A stretch of 64,000 nucleotides of DNA from Gnetum montanum (GCA_015680685.1 MNCI01002485.1:1060033-1124032), one strand, 5' to 3'; positions 39,101-53,385 are shown, counted from the stretch's first letter. The notes: generated by a model from the sequence alone, not told the origin. Made by a program: numbers and translations.

Positions 39101-39514
39101 GAAAACATTTATAGAAAAATTAAGAAGAAGAAAGTTCCATGCATCACATACAGTGATACAGAGGATGATGACATGGAGGAATGTTCAACATCTCTTGCAT
39201 GCAACCAGTGTGCTCAGGAAATTAACATATAAAGATGCCTGTATGTAGCAACCACACAACAAAAGAACACCTAGTGGTTGACAGCTAATCAAGAGAGCAA
39301 CCCATCAATATGCATGGAACTAACTAGGGGAACAACTTGCAATTACAACGAAAGCATAGATACATTGGAATATGAGCGTCGCCAACTTCCAAGCCTTAAT
39401 CTAAAAACATCAATTGGAAGAAGTTGGACACTTCTAAAAAATTCAGATAAGCACTCATTATTTCAGATCTCTCCCTTTCAGTTCATTCATGGGGGAGATG
39501 GCCACCTATGCTAA
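36132..39514 (+). pseudogene. gag: gag-protease ORF of element C joined to the extreme C-terminus of pol
   Basis: ATG (MSSSH) at 36132; colinear with element A gag and PR (ALLNSGSRVN ~38800, DFPIIMGRAWL); ends FQFIHGGDGHLC*, matching the pol end of A; a 19-bp tandem duplication at 37675-37712 shifts the frame. Confidence 0.88.
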
Positions 39515-40975
39515 TCATTTGGGGCTCTCAGTTCTTTTTAAGTTTTTATTTTACACATTTTTGTTTTACAAATCTCTTTAAATTTTCTTGTTTTTGTTTT
39601 ACAACATTTTTTATACTTTTTCTTTTATTTGTGTATGTATGTGTGTGCCTTATCCAGTTTGTTAAGTTTGTCATCTAGTAAGTGCTATTAAATGATGGTA
39701 TGAACTGTTTTCTATTAGTTGCTAATATTTGGTTTTTACCTTTAAGTTATGATGTTGATACTAAGGTATGGTTCTTTTGATGTAGTAGGCAATGAGTCCA
39801 CATCACCGGCGCATCCACAATTTCTATGGTATCTCTTGGCTTGGAACTGTATAGTCCCTTTCTCAATAATAAGAACTATCAATGAATTGGTGACTGGGCA
39901 TTTCTCAAACTAAGGAAGGACTCAAGGATTGAAAGGGGTGTGGCTTTAAGGGAATTTGATGTTTTGTGTTGGCCATTCTCTTGGGTTCTTGGATGTTTTC
40001 TTCTTGAGTTTTCTTACCATTCTGACCATTGCCATATTCTCGGGAAGCTGAGTAAATAAAAATAATGAGTCTTTGCATGGTGTGGTTCTCATGCAAAAAC
40101 ACAAAAAAAAAGAAAAAAACTGTGAGAATTCAAAGCACACCCCTTAGACAAAATAATCATTTGGGCTACAAGCATTGGTTATGGAACTAAAATAGACATG
40201 TTCCATCTAACTAAGGCTCTTCTCGCTTCCTATTCTCTCCTCCTTCATTTTGTCGAAATGGTGGTGGCTCTTGGATGAAGGCATTCTTGTTACTTCAAGT
40301 GGATGGATTGGCTGAATGCATTAATGCAAAGTCACTGGATGTGGTTTGTTTGAGGCCAGACTAGGAATGGAATCTACTAAGTCACATTAATCATTAAAAT
40401 ACACAAGGGGCTATACACCACCTTGTCCTTGAGACTCCATTTCATTCTTTTCTTTCCATCATTCTTTCTCCATTGATCACCTCATTGTCGGTTGTATCAT
40501 TAGTGTATATTTTGGTTGACGCATCATTTTCTTTGTGGTAAATTCTTATAGTTAAGGCTTTAACTCTTGTTTCCAAATGACATTCCTAGAGCCTACGGAC
40601 TCTTTAAATGTGGGATTGTCAGGGCATTAAGGGCATGAGCCTGCTTTGGGGAGGACCCACTGGCATTCCTATTTGATGCATCTGTTAATTTCTTTCCTCT
40701 AAACATTGCTACAAACACCATTTATTTCATTCATTTCTATCTTTGACATCCCTTTTTATCAGTGTTATAGTTGTTTCTTTTTCTTAATCCTTCTTATTCC
40801 TTCTCTTTTTCCATTCTCTTGCTATTGGAGGTTCGTGATTAGTCATGGGGGTCCTGGTCCAATTTTTTCAATTTTCTCCTAACCCCTACACCTTGGGTAG
40901 TCATCATTAGCATATCTTCAGAATCCATAATCATCCATACCACAACTCAGCCAATGGACCTTACACCGAAGCAAG

Positions 40976-41035
40976 GTATTAATTGCATTATGATTCATTT
41001 ACCCTTGCTAATATAAGACTGTGTTGTGTGTGTAG
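40976..41035 (+). other. Putative 60-nt intron in the 3' region of element C
   Basis: AAG|GTATTA...TGCTAAT...GTGTGTAG. Confidence 0.75.
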
Positions 41036-42895
41036 ATGGCAATCATACAACAACAAATTGGACCTAGAGAGAACACTTTGAATGGATTGGTGTTGAAGTA
41101 GTTATGTAAGGAGCAAGATTGATGGTGCGTTTATGGATGGACAAAGAAAGGTGCAATATTTTTGTTGGCAACAACAGACCTCTTCTCTCTTCTCTCTTCT
41201 CTCTTAGCTACCAAATAAGGCCTAATGTCAAATGTATAAAGTGTTCACCCTTGTGTCATGAACACCAATTTTGTCATGTTCTGTAATGATGATCTGTTCA
41301 CATGTCATCCCATTCACCATTAGTTCCATTCAAGTCAATAATCCCATACCTTCCCAATATTTTGTAAGGAACTTGAGGATGACTTTTTTTTCAGTCATGT
41401 GGATATGATGGGATGCAGCCACGATATCGCGTACGCGATATTGCAGCCCGCCGCTAGTTCTATAAATAAGAGGCGGCTCTCCCTTGTTTCTCCATTTAGA
41501 TCTAGACCTTAGCCAAACTCTTGTCATTTTTTCATTCCAAAGTTAGAATAATTTCCGTGTGCCTGTAGTAGGAGTCCCAAAGTGAATGGATCTTTATTCA
41601 AGAAATTCTGTACATGAGCACACGATTGTGTATGGTAATAAAGATGAAATTTTCGATAAACCTTGCAGTGCATGGACTAAGCTAAATAGGACTTTAATTA
41701 TTGTTAATGTTTAAATTATTTATTAGTTAATTAAATATCTCTCAACCCTCAACTCCTAGTTAAGTGCATTCAGTACGACCGCTTCGAGCACATGCGTTAC
41801 ACTTGGTAATCTGAGTAATGAATAGTGTTTGGTAATCCCAACAGCGTTGCATTGGTTTAGGGTGTGAAATGGAAAGTGGGAATGGATACTGATGCTAGGG
41901 TAATTAAGGCTTAGTTAGTTAAAGTTAGTTACTTAGTCTCTTCACCCTTTCCCTCATTAGCATAGGCGATAAAACATAAAAGATATAAAAATCACATGCC
42001 TCAAGCTTACGTAACCATACAACCATGAAAAATATAAGTACGCTTTGGTGGACAATGATTGATTAACCTTAGGTGTTCCATAAGGCGTGTAGGTACTTAG
42101 TCTATGGAGTTCGACCGGATCATGCATGTAATGCTCGTATTCGTATTGTTAAGTGTAGTGGTACCTCGCCACTCATCATTGATGTACTTGAACACGCACA
42201 TGACCGATAATAAAGATCAAGATTACTTCATCATTGCAGCATTCACTTAGTTTTAATTGCTTAATATTATTTTTATTTATTGCTTTCTTAATTAATATTT
42301 CTTTAGATTCATTTCCTATCCCTGTTATTAAATGCAGAATGAGGACGACTTAATCATGAGCATTTAAGTGTGACTACTTGGTATCCCAGTAGCATACCTA
42401 GCACATGTGCTTGGTAATCCTAGTAGTAGTACACAAGGTCCAAGATGTGTATGGAAGATTAAGGAAAAATTCTCATCACACTTAGGCTAGCTCAAATTCT
42501 CCTCTTGCATTCCCTCTTAACTTAAACAAGTTATTTTCATTGCCTATAGAAGTAGCACTAGGTTAGAAATCATATCATACACCTCACTCTAGACTAAACC
42601 ATACATGACAAAGCAAATACTAGTCTAGGTGAAAAGATAGTGAACTCCGATCAATTAGTAACTATCTAGATACCACAACTAGTCCATCCGCAGAGTTTGA
42701 TTGGATCATGTGTAAACACTCATATTCATATGGTTGAGTGTAGGGATACCTCGCCACTCATCATTGGCACCATTGCTGAGGACAATGCTAGTATTTTAGA
42801 TTCATTATATCATACAAGATTGCTGTAACAGAGTATTAATGATATATCTTTTAGAAAGAAGTAATTGCAAATAAGTCACACACAATTTCACAACA

Positions 42896-44938
42896 ATGTC
42901 TCTCTCACAAAACTATGATAATGCAACAACCAGTAAGGAAATTCATTGTAGAACCAATGAATCAGACACTGATGAAGATGAAGTTTAGAGTACTCAATTT
43001 TCTACAAGGGTCTCCTATGTACATAAACAAAGACAATATCATCCCAAATCATAAATTCATAACCTACCTAGTGACAATGAACCCCTACTAGCCACTAAGA
43101 GCCTAATGAATATACAAGAGGCTATTTGAATACCTCGTAGGCATCGTAAGGAAATCTGTCTATCTAGGCTTGATTTAAACAACTTTTTCAAGTTTTTAGG
43201 AGGCTATGATTTAGATTTTCAACATCATTTACAAGCCTTCCATGATGCCTGTGTATGGAAAAATATTGATAATGTGTGGCAAAAACTTAAGCTCTTTCCT
43301 ACAACACTCATTGGCCAAGAAAAAGTCTGGTATAAGTCCTTAAGACCAAAATCAATTCGATGTTGGTTGACAATGGTAGAACTCTTCAATGAAAGATATC
43401 AAACTTATGAAAGAGTGTTAACCTTGAGGAGAAAAGTCCAAGAGTGGAAACAAGCACAACATGAACCCTTGGACATGGCCATAGAAATACATTATTTGTT
43501 GTTAAATAATTTCCCAGGCCATGGGTTCTCTGAGGAAAGGCTAATGTATCACATCATAGATGGGCTTCATAACAAAACAAGGGAGACACTAGGGATGTAT
43601 GTCCCAGGTCAACTATATGAGCTACAAACCCACCAATTCCAAGAGCTTATTAAGTAGGTAGCAAAAGAAGAAGGAGAAATGACTAAATGGGAGAATGTTA
43701 AAAGCTCTCAACAAGACCAAAATCTCAAATTAGCAAAGATCCATGATCATGAAGAGGAGATATCAAATCACCTCAAGGAGGTGGAATCATCTTTGCCAAT
43801 ACTAAAATCACTAGATGAAATTGAGACAAAGATCAATAAGATGACAAAATGGATACATGAAAAATGTGGAGAATATGCCAACACTATTAGAGGTATAACC
43901 ATGATTAACCAAGAAGTAGGATAGAACATCCTTAGACAATTAGCAAGAAGGGTTGAAGAGAATAATAACTCAATAGCTAATCATACATATCAATGTAACA
44001 TTTTCTTGTACAATCACCCCAAAGGTCAATGCCCAATCCTATCACATTTACATGAGCATTGGGAAAGAATGTTACATCTAGAGTTCATAGAAAAATACTG
44101 TGTTCAATCACTGTGGAAAAAATCCCAGTTGTGGGGGAGGCCACTCCCAAACCAGTCACACCCTTCATATCATCCAAATCCAAGTGCTTATCAGGTTCAA
44201 CATCTTGTTTCCCCAACTAGGTCAATATCCTCTATCTCACCACATCATTATCATTCTCCTAAGTACTATCAACCCATGTCCTCTCAAATAAGATCACCAC
44301 CTCATGTCCCTTATACTTCTCCTTACCCTCAATATTCTCATCGTTTACATCCTTCTACATCACCACCAGTTGTGCCAGAAGGATTTTCACCACAACATCG
44401 ATCCACAAACATTACTTGTGCTACTACTATCAACCACAATGAAAATCCTCCACAACATCTAAGGCATCCCTTCTTTAGACATGATTATAGAAAGGGACAA
44501 CATGGTTCTAAAACCACTACATCCACCAACTTAGCACAAGTACAGTGTTGTGATGCATCTCCTCCTTTGAACCCAATGCCTCCTATTACCTTATCTAGAC
44601 CACCAATCAACACTCCAAAACTATGTGGCCCAATGAATATAGCCATGTAGGAAGACATATCAATCCTTGCATACCATCTTACAGTCAAGGGTGCCATAGT
44701 GGGTTAATTTTCTATCAATTAAACTCATCTTCTAACTTGCCCCAGTATGTTAACTTTAATACAGTGTGTGCACCCTAATTTGGGTACATTCCAACCACAA
44801 CATCAAAAGAAACCTAGTGGTTTGGATATGATTGAGTCCCAATATTTCCAAAATTCTTGGATCCAAACCTTTCATTTATTAATTCTCACCATGATCAAAA
44901 GTTTAGTTATGGGGGATATTCCCCATTCTAACAAATAG
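42896..44938 (+). pseudogene. gag: gag of element B with a Pro/His/Ser-rich tail
   Basis: QHHLQAFHDAC, WQKLKLFPTTLIGQEKVWYKSL (retrotrans_gag-like); Cx2CxxxHxxxxC knuckle ~43993-44031. Confidence 0.85.
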
Positions 44939-46325
44939 AATTAATAAATGTTTTTCCTTTTCTTTAATTTTACAATTTTTTTGTTTTCTAGTTTTTCATC
45001 TTTCCATTTTTTGTTTTATCCTTTTATTGGTTGGTTCATCTTGTTATTTATTATTTTATCATTTTATCTTTTTATGGGTAATCTCATTTATGAATAAAAC
45101 ACTCATGTGACTCATTGGTTAAGGTGTTGTTCTATGCTATCAAGTCTTAGGTGACTAATTACATGGACAACAAGCCCATCACATTCATCTACCCATTCTA
45201 TTAATAAGAGGTTCTACTCTGGGTTTGATGATAATCTTGGCATCATTAAAACTTAAAGTAATTTTGTGCTCATTATGCCCAGAGCGAAGAAGAATGGACT
45301 AAGCAGGAATGGACGGGGTGTGACATCAAGCGAACTTGTGGATTCTCTTTGGTAACATCTCTAAGAGTTACCATGCAACTTGGTTGTACTAAGATCCTTG
45401 TAGATCTAATGAAAAATGGGAGTAAGTGTAATAAAGGCACTCAATAAAGAAACCCAATTCTATTCTAGGGGGTCCCACTGGAAAGACATGAACCCATGCT
45501 TGAAGGTAGGTAGCTTCTCTAGATTACACATAAAAAAAAGGAAAAAAAAACAAAAAAAAAATAAAAAACAAAAGAGAAGAGAAAGTATGCCAAAGTGGCT
45601 AGACAAAAACAAATGTGCTGCTAAGAAAATCCAAATCACTCCTCCCTTGAACAAAATTCTAAGTGATTGCACACCTTGCTATCATGATGCTCTTATGGTT
45701 CTCCATCATTGGATGAAGCAATGCTATGTCACTGATCGAAGGAATGGACTTGGTCTTTATTTTGGAGCAACAGGCTAATGACACATTAATCACTTCCTAC
45801 ACTCAAGATTCATTATGCCTTGGGTTAGTTATCTCATGTCCCATTATCTGCAATTCCTTCTACGATTCATCCCATCTCACTGTTCATCTATTGATGACTC
45901 ATGTCTTGTGTAACATTAAATTCATACCTCATCATGGTGATATCTACATGTGTGTGTTTTATGGAACTGGTGTGGATTACATTTAACCCTTCTAGTTCCT
46001 ACAAACATTTTATGGTGTGGTTACACAAGGGAATTATAAGTTGGAACCTACTTTGGGGAGAACCCACTTGCATGACTTTTGTAATTTGTACTTGTTGCAC
46101 ACCACCTCATCATTTTATGCCCTCTGAGTACTTCATTGTCAAATCTATTCTTTTCCTTGTCATCATTTTATCAATGTTTCTCAAAACCATTACATGTCCT
46201 TTTATGTGTAACCTAAACAATTCAAGTCCAACATTAAACTTTTAGGGAAACTTCCTTGAAAAAATTTGTAAGTCTAAAATTACACTAAGCAAAGAATTCA
46301 ACATTTATTAAAGTCAATGAGTAAG

Positions 46326-46387
46326 GTATGAAATAATTGAACTTCTTTCAATAACCTTACTAACACTTGATCTTTGTGTGATTATAC
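46326..46387 (+). other. Putative 62-nt intron in the 3' region of element B (acceptor AG mutated to AC)
   Basis: AAG|GTATGA...TACTAAC...GATTATAC|ATGG; same branch-to-end spacing as the other copies. Confidence 0.6.
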
Positions 46388-46804
46388 ATGGTCCCTAAAA
46401 GATGACAACAAGGAGGACCTTCTGAAGGTGCAACTGAATGCCCAGGGGGAGGCGGAGGCTAAGGACATCATGCAAAACATGCAGTGTAGGAGGCACAATC
46501 ATTCAACATCCATCAAGGAACTCCTATCACTGCACAATCTGGCCAAGACAAAGGTGGAGAGGTTAGGGCCCAAGCCTATGAAGAGGAATGAAAACTATTT
46601 GTATCATAGCATGTTAAGGCTAATCAAGTGTTCCCATAGCTGCTGTGTCCATGGGAAGTGCCGACTCCATCAACCATTGGAACATTAGCATGGGAAGAGG
46701 AGAAATGTCATATGCTTCTTCAAAAATATCAATCTTAGAAGCTTGGAGTGTAGGACAAAGGAAAGGCATCCATGGAGGAGCCACCATCACCAGGAACCAC
46801 ATGA
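46388..46804 (+). pseudogene. Last exon of the putative accessory ORF of element B
   Basis: WSLKDDNKEDLLKVQLNAQGEAEAKDIMQ...(frameshift)...WEEEKCHMLLQKYQS*KLGV*DKGKASMEEPPSPGTT*; coding-like composition. Confidence 0.5.
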
Positions 46805-47009
46805 GTTCCAATAAATTTTGTAATTCTATGTCTATGTCCCAATTTTATTTTGTTCAATCCCACACTATGACATGAATAATTCCTAGTTAGTCAATAATCC
46901 CAAACCTATCCACTGTGTAATCAATTTGACTTGTTCTCATTTCTTTTAACTCAAGTATGAGTTGTTATTCAGTCATGTGGGTATGATGAATCATGGTTTG
47001 TCAGGTGCT

Positions 47010-47190
47010 GATATCGGACCCTTGATGTTGGACCCTTGACATCAAATCCTTAACATCAAAACCTTGACATTGGACCCTTGACATCAGACCCTTAACATCA
47101 AACCCTTGACATTGGACCCCCAATATCAATCCCTCAATATCAGGTACACAATATCATGGCCTAACTAATGATATCGAATACACAATATCA
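47010..47190 (+). repeat. 14-bp tandem array in the U3 of B (GACATTGGACCCTT / GATATCGGACCCTT); also at 34922-35045
   Basis: Visible 14-bp periodicity, about 8-12 degenerate units, just upstream of CTATAAATA. Confidence 0.88.
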
Positions 47191-48339
47191 TGGTTCCTGT
47201 GTAAGCCTATAAATACCACATTTGGGCGCATAGGAAAGTAGTAAGTTTTAAAGTCAAGTTTTAGAGTTAGTTAGTATTAGATTAGAGTCTTTTTATCATT
47301 TTTTAGTTCCTCTCAACTCTTTCCCTAGTGCATGCCCGTAGTGTGATGATTGTAGCTATATGGAACCTTTATTTGAGTGTGACATACTTGGACACGCACA
47401 TGACCAGCAATAAAGATCTAGATTACTTCATCATTTTAGCACTCACTTAGTTTTAATTGCTTATTGTTATTGTTATTTATTGCTTTCTTAATTAATATTT
47501 CTTTACCTTCATTTCCTATTCCTGTTATTAAACATGGAATGAGTATGACTTAATCACAAGCATTTAAGTGTGACTACTTGGTATCCTAGTAGTGTACCTA
47601 GGACATGCGCCTCATAATCCTAGTAGTAGTACATGAATTCCAAGATGTTTATGGATGATTAAGGATGGATTCTCATCATACTTAGGCTAGCTTAGATTCT
47701 CTTCTTCCATTCTCTCTCAGCTTAAACAAAGTTATTTTCCATTGCCTCTAGGAGTAGCACTAGGTTAGAAATCATATCATACACCCCACTCTGGACAAAA
47801 CCATACATGATAAAGAAAATACTAGTCCTAGTGGGAAGACAGTGAACTACAATCAACGAGTAACTACCTAGATACCACAACTAGTCCATTTGTAGAGTTC
47901 GAACGGATCATGCGTGAACACTCGTATTCATATGGTTGAGTGTAGGGGTACCTCGCCACTCATCAATTGATGTTACTTTCTTTAGTTTATAATTTTGTGA
48001 TGCTTACTACTTTCTTAGCTTAGTTTTTATTTATGTTATATTATCATCATTTAGATTCTTTTTTATTCAAATTTAGATTTTTATATTGATCATTGCTTAT
48101 TTTATTTTACATTAGAAAAATAAAAAAATATGAATGCATGAAAACTTAAAAATCTCATGAACATAGAAAAACTAGAAAACATAAAAATAAAAAAACTATA
48201 AATGATAAACACATAAAGAATACACAAAATTCATAAAAAATAACAATTCCTATAACATAACTAATTTCCATAGAATATCCATCATAAATACATATCATCC
48301 AAAAGAATATAACATTCATTCAAAACTAGAAAAGCTAAA

Positions 48340-51300
48340 AATAAATGACATACCCAAGAGCTTATCCTAGCATCTACCATATTAATGTTGACCACCTAAG
48401 GCCTAATCATTAGTGGAAAAAATCTTTTCCAACACTTCTATGGCCTTTTCATCTTTTGCCCCACTACCAACAGCCACAAGTGCAATTGTGTCTACTTAAA
48501 ATAATAAATAAAAAATGTGAAAATTCATCTAGAAATTAACAAAAATACTAACATAAATAAACTATGATTACAAAAATAATTAGATTAAGAAAAATCAAAA
48601 TAATAAAAATAAACTAACTAAAATATTTTTCCTTACCTATAGTCATGCCACTAGGGCCCACTCAATTTTCATCATCTCACAATACTACCAATACTCTAGG
48701 TGCCTTAAATCCAGGTACATCAGTAAGTTTTCATGTGATCTTCTTTAAGGGAAGAAATATGAAATCCAAATTTTCTAGGTTCAAATATGCTATTTCTCGT
48801 AGGATACAATCATCTATACTAAACTTTCTCTTCATGTTGTTACTCCCTTTTCTCACTCTAAAACCTAACACCTAGGTCTCATTTTCCTTTGGCTACACTA
48901 TCACACACTCCTCAAATGTCTCCAAAACATCAATAATCCCTATCTTCTCTATTGATAAATCTATCACCCTTATTGTTGTTTCATGAGAAGCAAGCTTTAC
49001 TTATTGTAAAATAATGTATTTTCATATGTAGTCTTCTCCAGTGCTTCCATGTCAAGCATCTATTTCTTAACTTATTGTTTAGGGTCTCTATGGTCAACAA
49101 CTTATGCTGCTAAATAATATGGGCAAACAACATGCAATCTAGAGAAACTCTAAATGACCAATAAGAGAAATCTGTAAGATTATGATGAACCATCTTTCTT
49201 TCAAGTAGATCATCATCTAGGTTCTCCATCTCTTTCTTTAGCTGTAAAATCTTGGAAGCCATCTTCTTATTCTTCTTCGTAATAGTTAGTAGCTGCATTA
49301 TCAAATGCATAGTAGCATTAGCTTGCTTCACTATGAAGAAAATCATATCTAACTCATATTATATTAAGACATCCATCCTTTCTTATATTTTAGAATGATT
49401 AAATGCAATAGGCTAGAATGTAGGATCCAAAATAGGCATCTTCCCATAGTTAATCAAAATTTGAAAATTTGTTAAATGTCTATCTATTATCCCACTATTT
49501 CATAAATCAATCTTGATCATTATAGCTACCAATGAAACATATAAATGGACTTACTAATATTAGTTATAACCTTTAGTTTCTGTACAAAACTCTTCACCAT
49601 TGTTCAAATCAATTAATTTTTTTCTACATGCTTTCAAAATATTTTCATCAGATCTATTCAGAGAAGTCATAAATAAGCCTAACCATACTAACAAATTAAA
49701 ATCAAAATGAACATAAAATAATAAAATTATTAAAATACTAAAATAAAAATAAAAATAGAATAGTGACCAAAACTAACATCATAAACTCACCAAATGATAA
49801 TAGTTACTTCTTCTCTAGCTTCTTCTCAAGCTAATTCTTCTTAGTCTTGTTAGACACAAGATCCTCCCATATATGCAAAAACTTAGAAATCTTGGAAGAA
49901 GATGGCATCCCATCCACATCTATATCATCCATCCCATGACTTACATTACAATTAGTTAGTCTTTCGTAGGATATGAGATTTCAAATCACACTTCCATAAA
50001 AATCATTCTCTCATAAATACTTAGAGCATTAGGAACTTACCTCTCCCACCCTTTAAATTAGATTCTATCTACTCCCCAAATAATGTATTTATCAATGCCT
50101 CTTTTTGTGCCCTCTTCATCACTTCCACTAAAGCTTATTTTTTCTTCCTTTTATCTTTCTCTTGGGCTCTCTACTCTACTTCTTCTTGGGCTCTCCTCTT
50201 CACCTTCACTCTTATTTTTCTCTCTTACTCTTCTCTTTTCTTTCTCTCCTCTTTCATCCTAACCAAAGCCTCCTACTTTACTTTTTCTTGACCTTTATCA
50301 CAACTATTAATCATTAATGTAATTGATAAAGTTAAAAACTAAGGATATAAAAATACTAAAATTGCAAGGATAATAACATCAACAACAAATATAAATATTT
50401 CTAACTTGGCAAACCTCTTTGCAACCTATGCAATCGTGGCCTACAACATTTTCTCCTCTAAATTATAGGTGTTCACAACCTCTATATCATGCATCCTCAC
50501 CGTCTTTACTTCCTAGCCCTTGTACTATATGGCCAAGGTACACTCATTGATCACCTTCATGCCTTGAATAGGATTGACATAAGAAAAATATTTTGTTAGC
50601 AAGGACACACTTTAGACACAGAGGACTCTACTACATCTTCTTGTAATGAAAATATTGCATCCAATGGTTCTTTCATGGTAATCAATAGGATCATCATGAT
50701 ACTCGTAGCATATTGGCGTAAAGGACTAGGAAAGTCCTTATTAAGAACCTTCCCCATATGGTGATCACTATAAGCTAATAAGTCCATGAAAAATCAAGGC
50801 ATGTCATAGTAAAAGCTAATGTTCAAGGAGTTACTAGAACTCTCATCATCCACCATGCTTACATTATCTAGCTTTTTGGATATCCTCTCATCTAGATAAC
50901 TTGATAAAACATAGCAAGTATCCCACATCATGATGTTGTAAATAATTACAAGCCATTGTAGAGAGGTGACACTCTATTATCTAATCTTTTCACATAATAT
51001 CCTCATAATAAATAAATAAATGCCTTAACCAAATTATGATTATTGTACTTAGTGACATTATGACCTTAATCACCACACTACATCCACTCAATAATATACC
51101 TCTAATCAAGTAGAGATAAATTATCATTACTCTTATCTAAAGAGCCTCTATTAGGAAAGTTAAATTAATGCCTCAATGAATCCGTATTTCATGGTAATAT
51201 TATCTTCTTCCATTCAACCCAAAACACAAATAATGCCTATCAACTCAAATAACACTTCAACATAGTAATCACATCTGTGGATAAAATTTTAGATAATCTT

Positions 51301-52460
51301 AATGTGAAAGAAGTTACCAATCCCACCTACCTAAGAATAAAAAGATACTTTCTTCCTTGTCCATAAACTAGCCATTTATGACTAGTAGGACTATTCTATA
51401 TATTCACTTGTAAATACTCATCCTTCATGTTTTTTAACTGAATGTAGATAACACAAGAGGTCTTGACCTTATCTTTGTAAGACAAAAACATCAAAATTTG
51501 ATAACATGAAATATACACATAGTATAAACCAAAATAGGAGCATGAACAACAAAAAATAAGTACTAACATAGATATTCAACCATAGACTTAACAAATTAAT
51601 GACATGACCTTTAAGGTACCTTTAGATCTCAACCAAATGTCGGATTCCTTAGGCCACTTCTTGTTCAAGCCCAAATCTTCTTTCTCATAAAGAATGTGGA
51701 GTATCTATGCCTACTAAAAGGCATTGTATAATTTATGATATCTAGCCTAATTAATATTATTAAGGAATTGTAAAAATACTATGGGATGCCAATTAGCTTC
51801 AAGAATAATCCTATGAAGCACATGATTCAATACCTCCAAGTATGTATCTTCTCCATTTGGTTTCTTAAACCTACAAACACATGAAATAATAAGCTATATC
51901 AATAGTAATTTAGATTATAACTAGTAATTTAGACTTAGAGGGATTAATCTAACAAGTGAGAATTTCCATCAACATACTTAGATACCATAATATATGTTCT
52001 CCTAGAATTGAACAAATTCTAAGTCTAGTAAGAATCCAATAATAATGTAGTGTCGATGTTGAAAAACTTGTAGGAATAATCTCTCCATAGGTTGTTCAAC
52101 CTTTTCTTGTAGATATTCTTAGTCTTATCACCATCATCAATAATGGTTTCCACATATATAATCTCCTGGATCACATAATCCAAAAATCTCACACATATAC
52201 CCAAGAAGATCCTCTCTAAGACATGAGAAACTATAGTAAAGAAAAGCATAGTCTACATGAGTACATGGAAGCTCTTAACATAGAACTATAAGAATAGCCT
52301 AGCCCTAGGATGACCTCCTATCTAGGTGGGATAAAGTGATCTATCATCAATCATTGAGACCATATTTGCTCCTCTTAGTTTTTTGTTGATGGTAAGACCC
52401 ACCTCATAATCCAAAAAGTACATTAGATCTATCACTAGTAGCCTTTAGTATCATATTGTC
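48340..52460 (-). pseudogene. Multi-exon relic, probably CACTA (En/Spm) TnpA-like
   Basis: Minus-strand donors and acceptors (CTTACC 48632, CTCACC ~49787, CTTACC ~50036, CCTACAAAC ~51870); KKLRGANM and IYKKRLNNLWRDY resemble TnpA/Ptta motifs; no termini found. Confidence 0.45.
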
Positions 52461-53358
52461 CTTGCATAATAAGATAATAAACTAAAGGATAGTATCATGA
52501 GTTATGAAAAATTATTAACACTTAAACATCAAAATAATAATTAGATATCATAATATATATGATGAGGCAAAGACTTTAATTAAGACTAAGACATACAAAC
52601 CCCAATTCTCTAACACTCTTATCATTCTCCATAAACTAAGAAACATGTAAAGCATTATGTAAGTAAACTTAAATGCTATCTAGAATTGACCAAGTTCTAA
52701 AGACTAACATAGTTCTAGTGTCATGTCATTAAGTCAATACTTAGTGATTTCTCTCTCTCTGAATCCTTTGTTACTTTTTTGAGTATCACCACATAATAGG
52801 TAGTTGTTTCCCCCATTTTCTAGAACTTAACCATTTCCCCTAGTTTCCTTTTCCAACATCATTTATCTTATACTTTCTACCTTTTCATCCTTCCATTACT
52901 ATGTTGATGTAAGCATTAGCTTCATGTATAGGAGTTAATGGTATTCATTTCCTATGCTTCTTAGCTAAAAAACTTTAATAGAAAAAGAGAAGAAGCCTTC
53001 ATTGTGCATGTTAATACACCAACTACATAGGAAATGTGTTGGTATGACACATTGCACACATATGTGCCCTTAGTATTTGGTACTTGAAAATGGGAAAACA
53101 CATAAAAATGCACCTAAATTGCCAATGAGATGGTAATCTAATTTTCAAGATGAGTAATGAAATGTCAATGAGACATGAGGTTAAATATATATATTTAATT
53201 TGCATTCTTAAATCTAATTAATTTTCCTTGTTAAATAATATTTTTCAAATTTTTTACCTATGTTTCTAGGACATCTCTATGCATTTTGCAACACATTTGT
53301 GTTTCAGAAATGTACCGAATGTTAAAAATTTTATAGAGAAATGAATCTATGGTGCATA

Positions 53359-53385
53359 ATTGTGCATGCATAGTGCATGCACAAT
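53359..53385. repeat. Perfect 12-bp hairpin ATTGTGCATGCA-TAG-TGCATGCACAAT
   Basis: Direct reading of the inverted repeat. Confidence 0.9.

Larger units (their letters stand above)
35226..42178 (+). mobile_element. Non-autonomous gag+protease Athila-like element (element C) nested in the 5' LTR of B
   Basis: Highly similar LTRs ~35226-35986 and 41406-42178; PBS TGGCGCCGTTGCCAGGGA 35988-36005; host LTR resumes at 42179. Confidence 0.93.
34897..47965 (+). mobile_element. Non-autonomous gag-only Athila-like element (element B)
   Basis: 5' LTR 34897-35225 + 42179-42763, 3' LTR 46984-47965; perfect TSD ATTGA; PBS TGGCACCATTGCTGAGGA 42765-42782; no PR, RT, RH or INT motifs seen. Confidence 0.92.

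Noticed and set aside
47010-47190. Regular repeats as a CRISPR array
   Set aside because: Contiguous 14-bp tandem units without unique spacers, inside a eukaryotic LTR; no cas genes.
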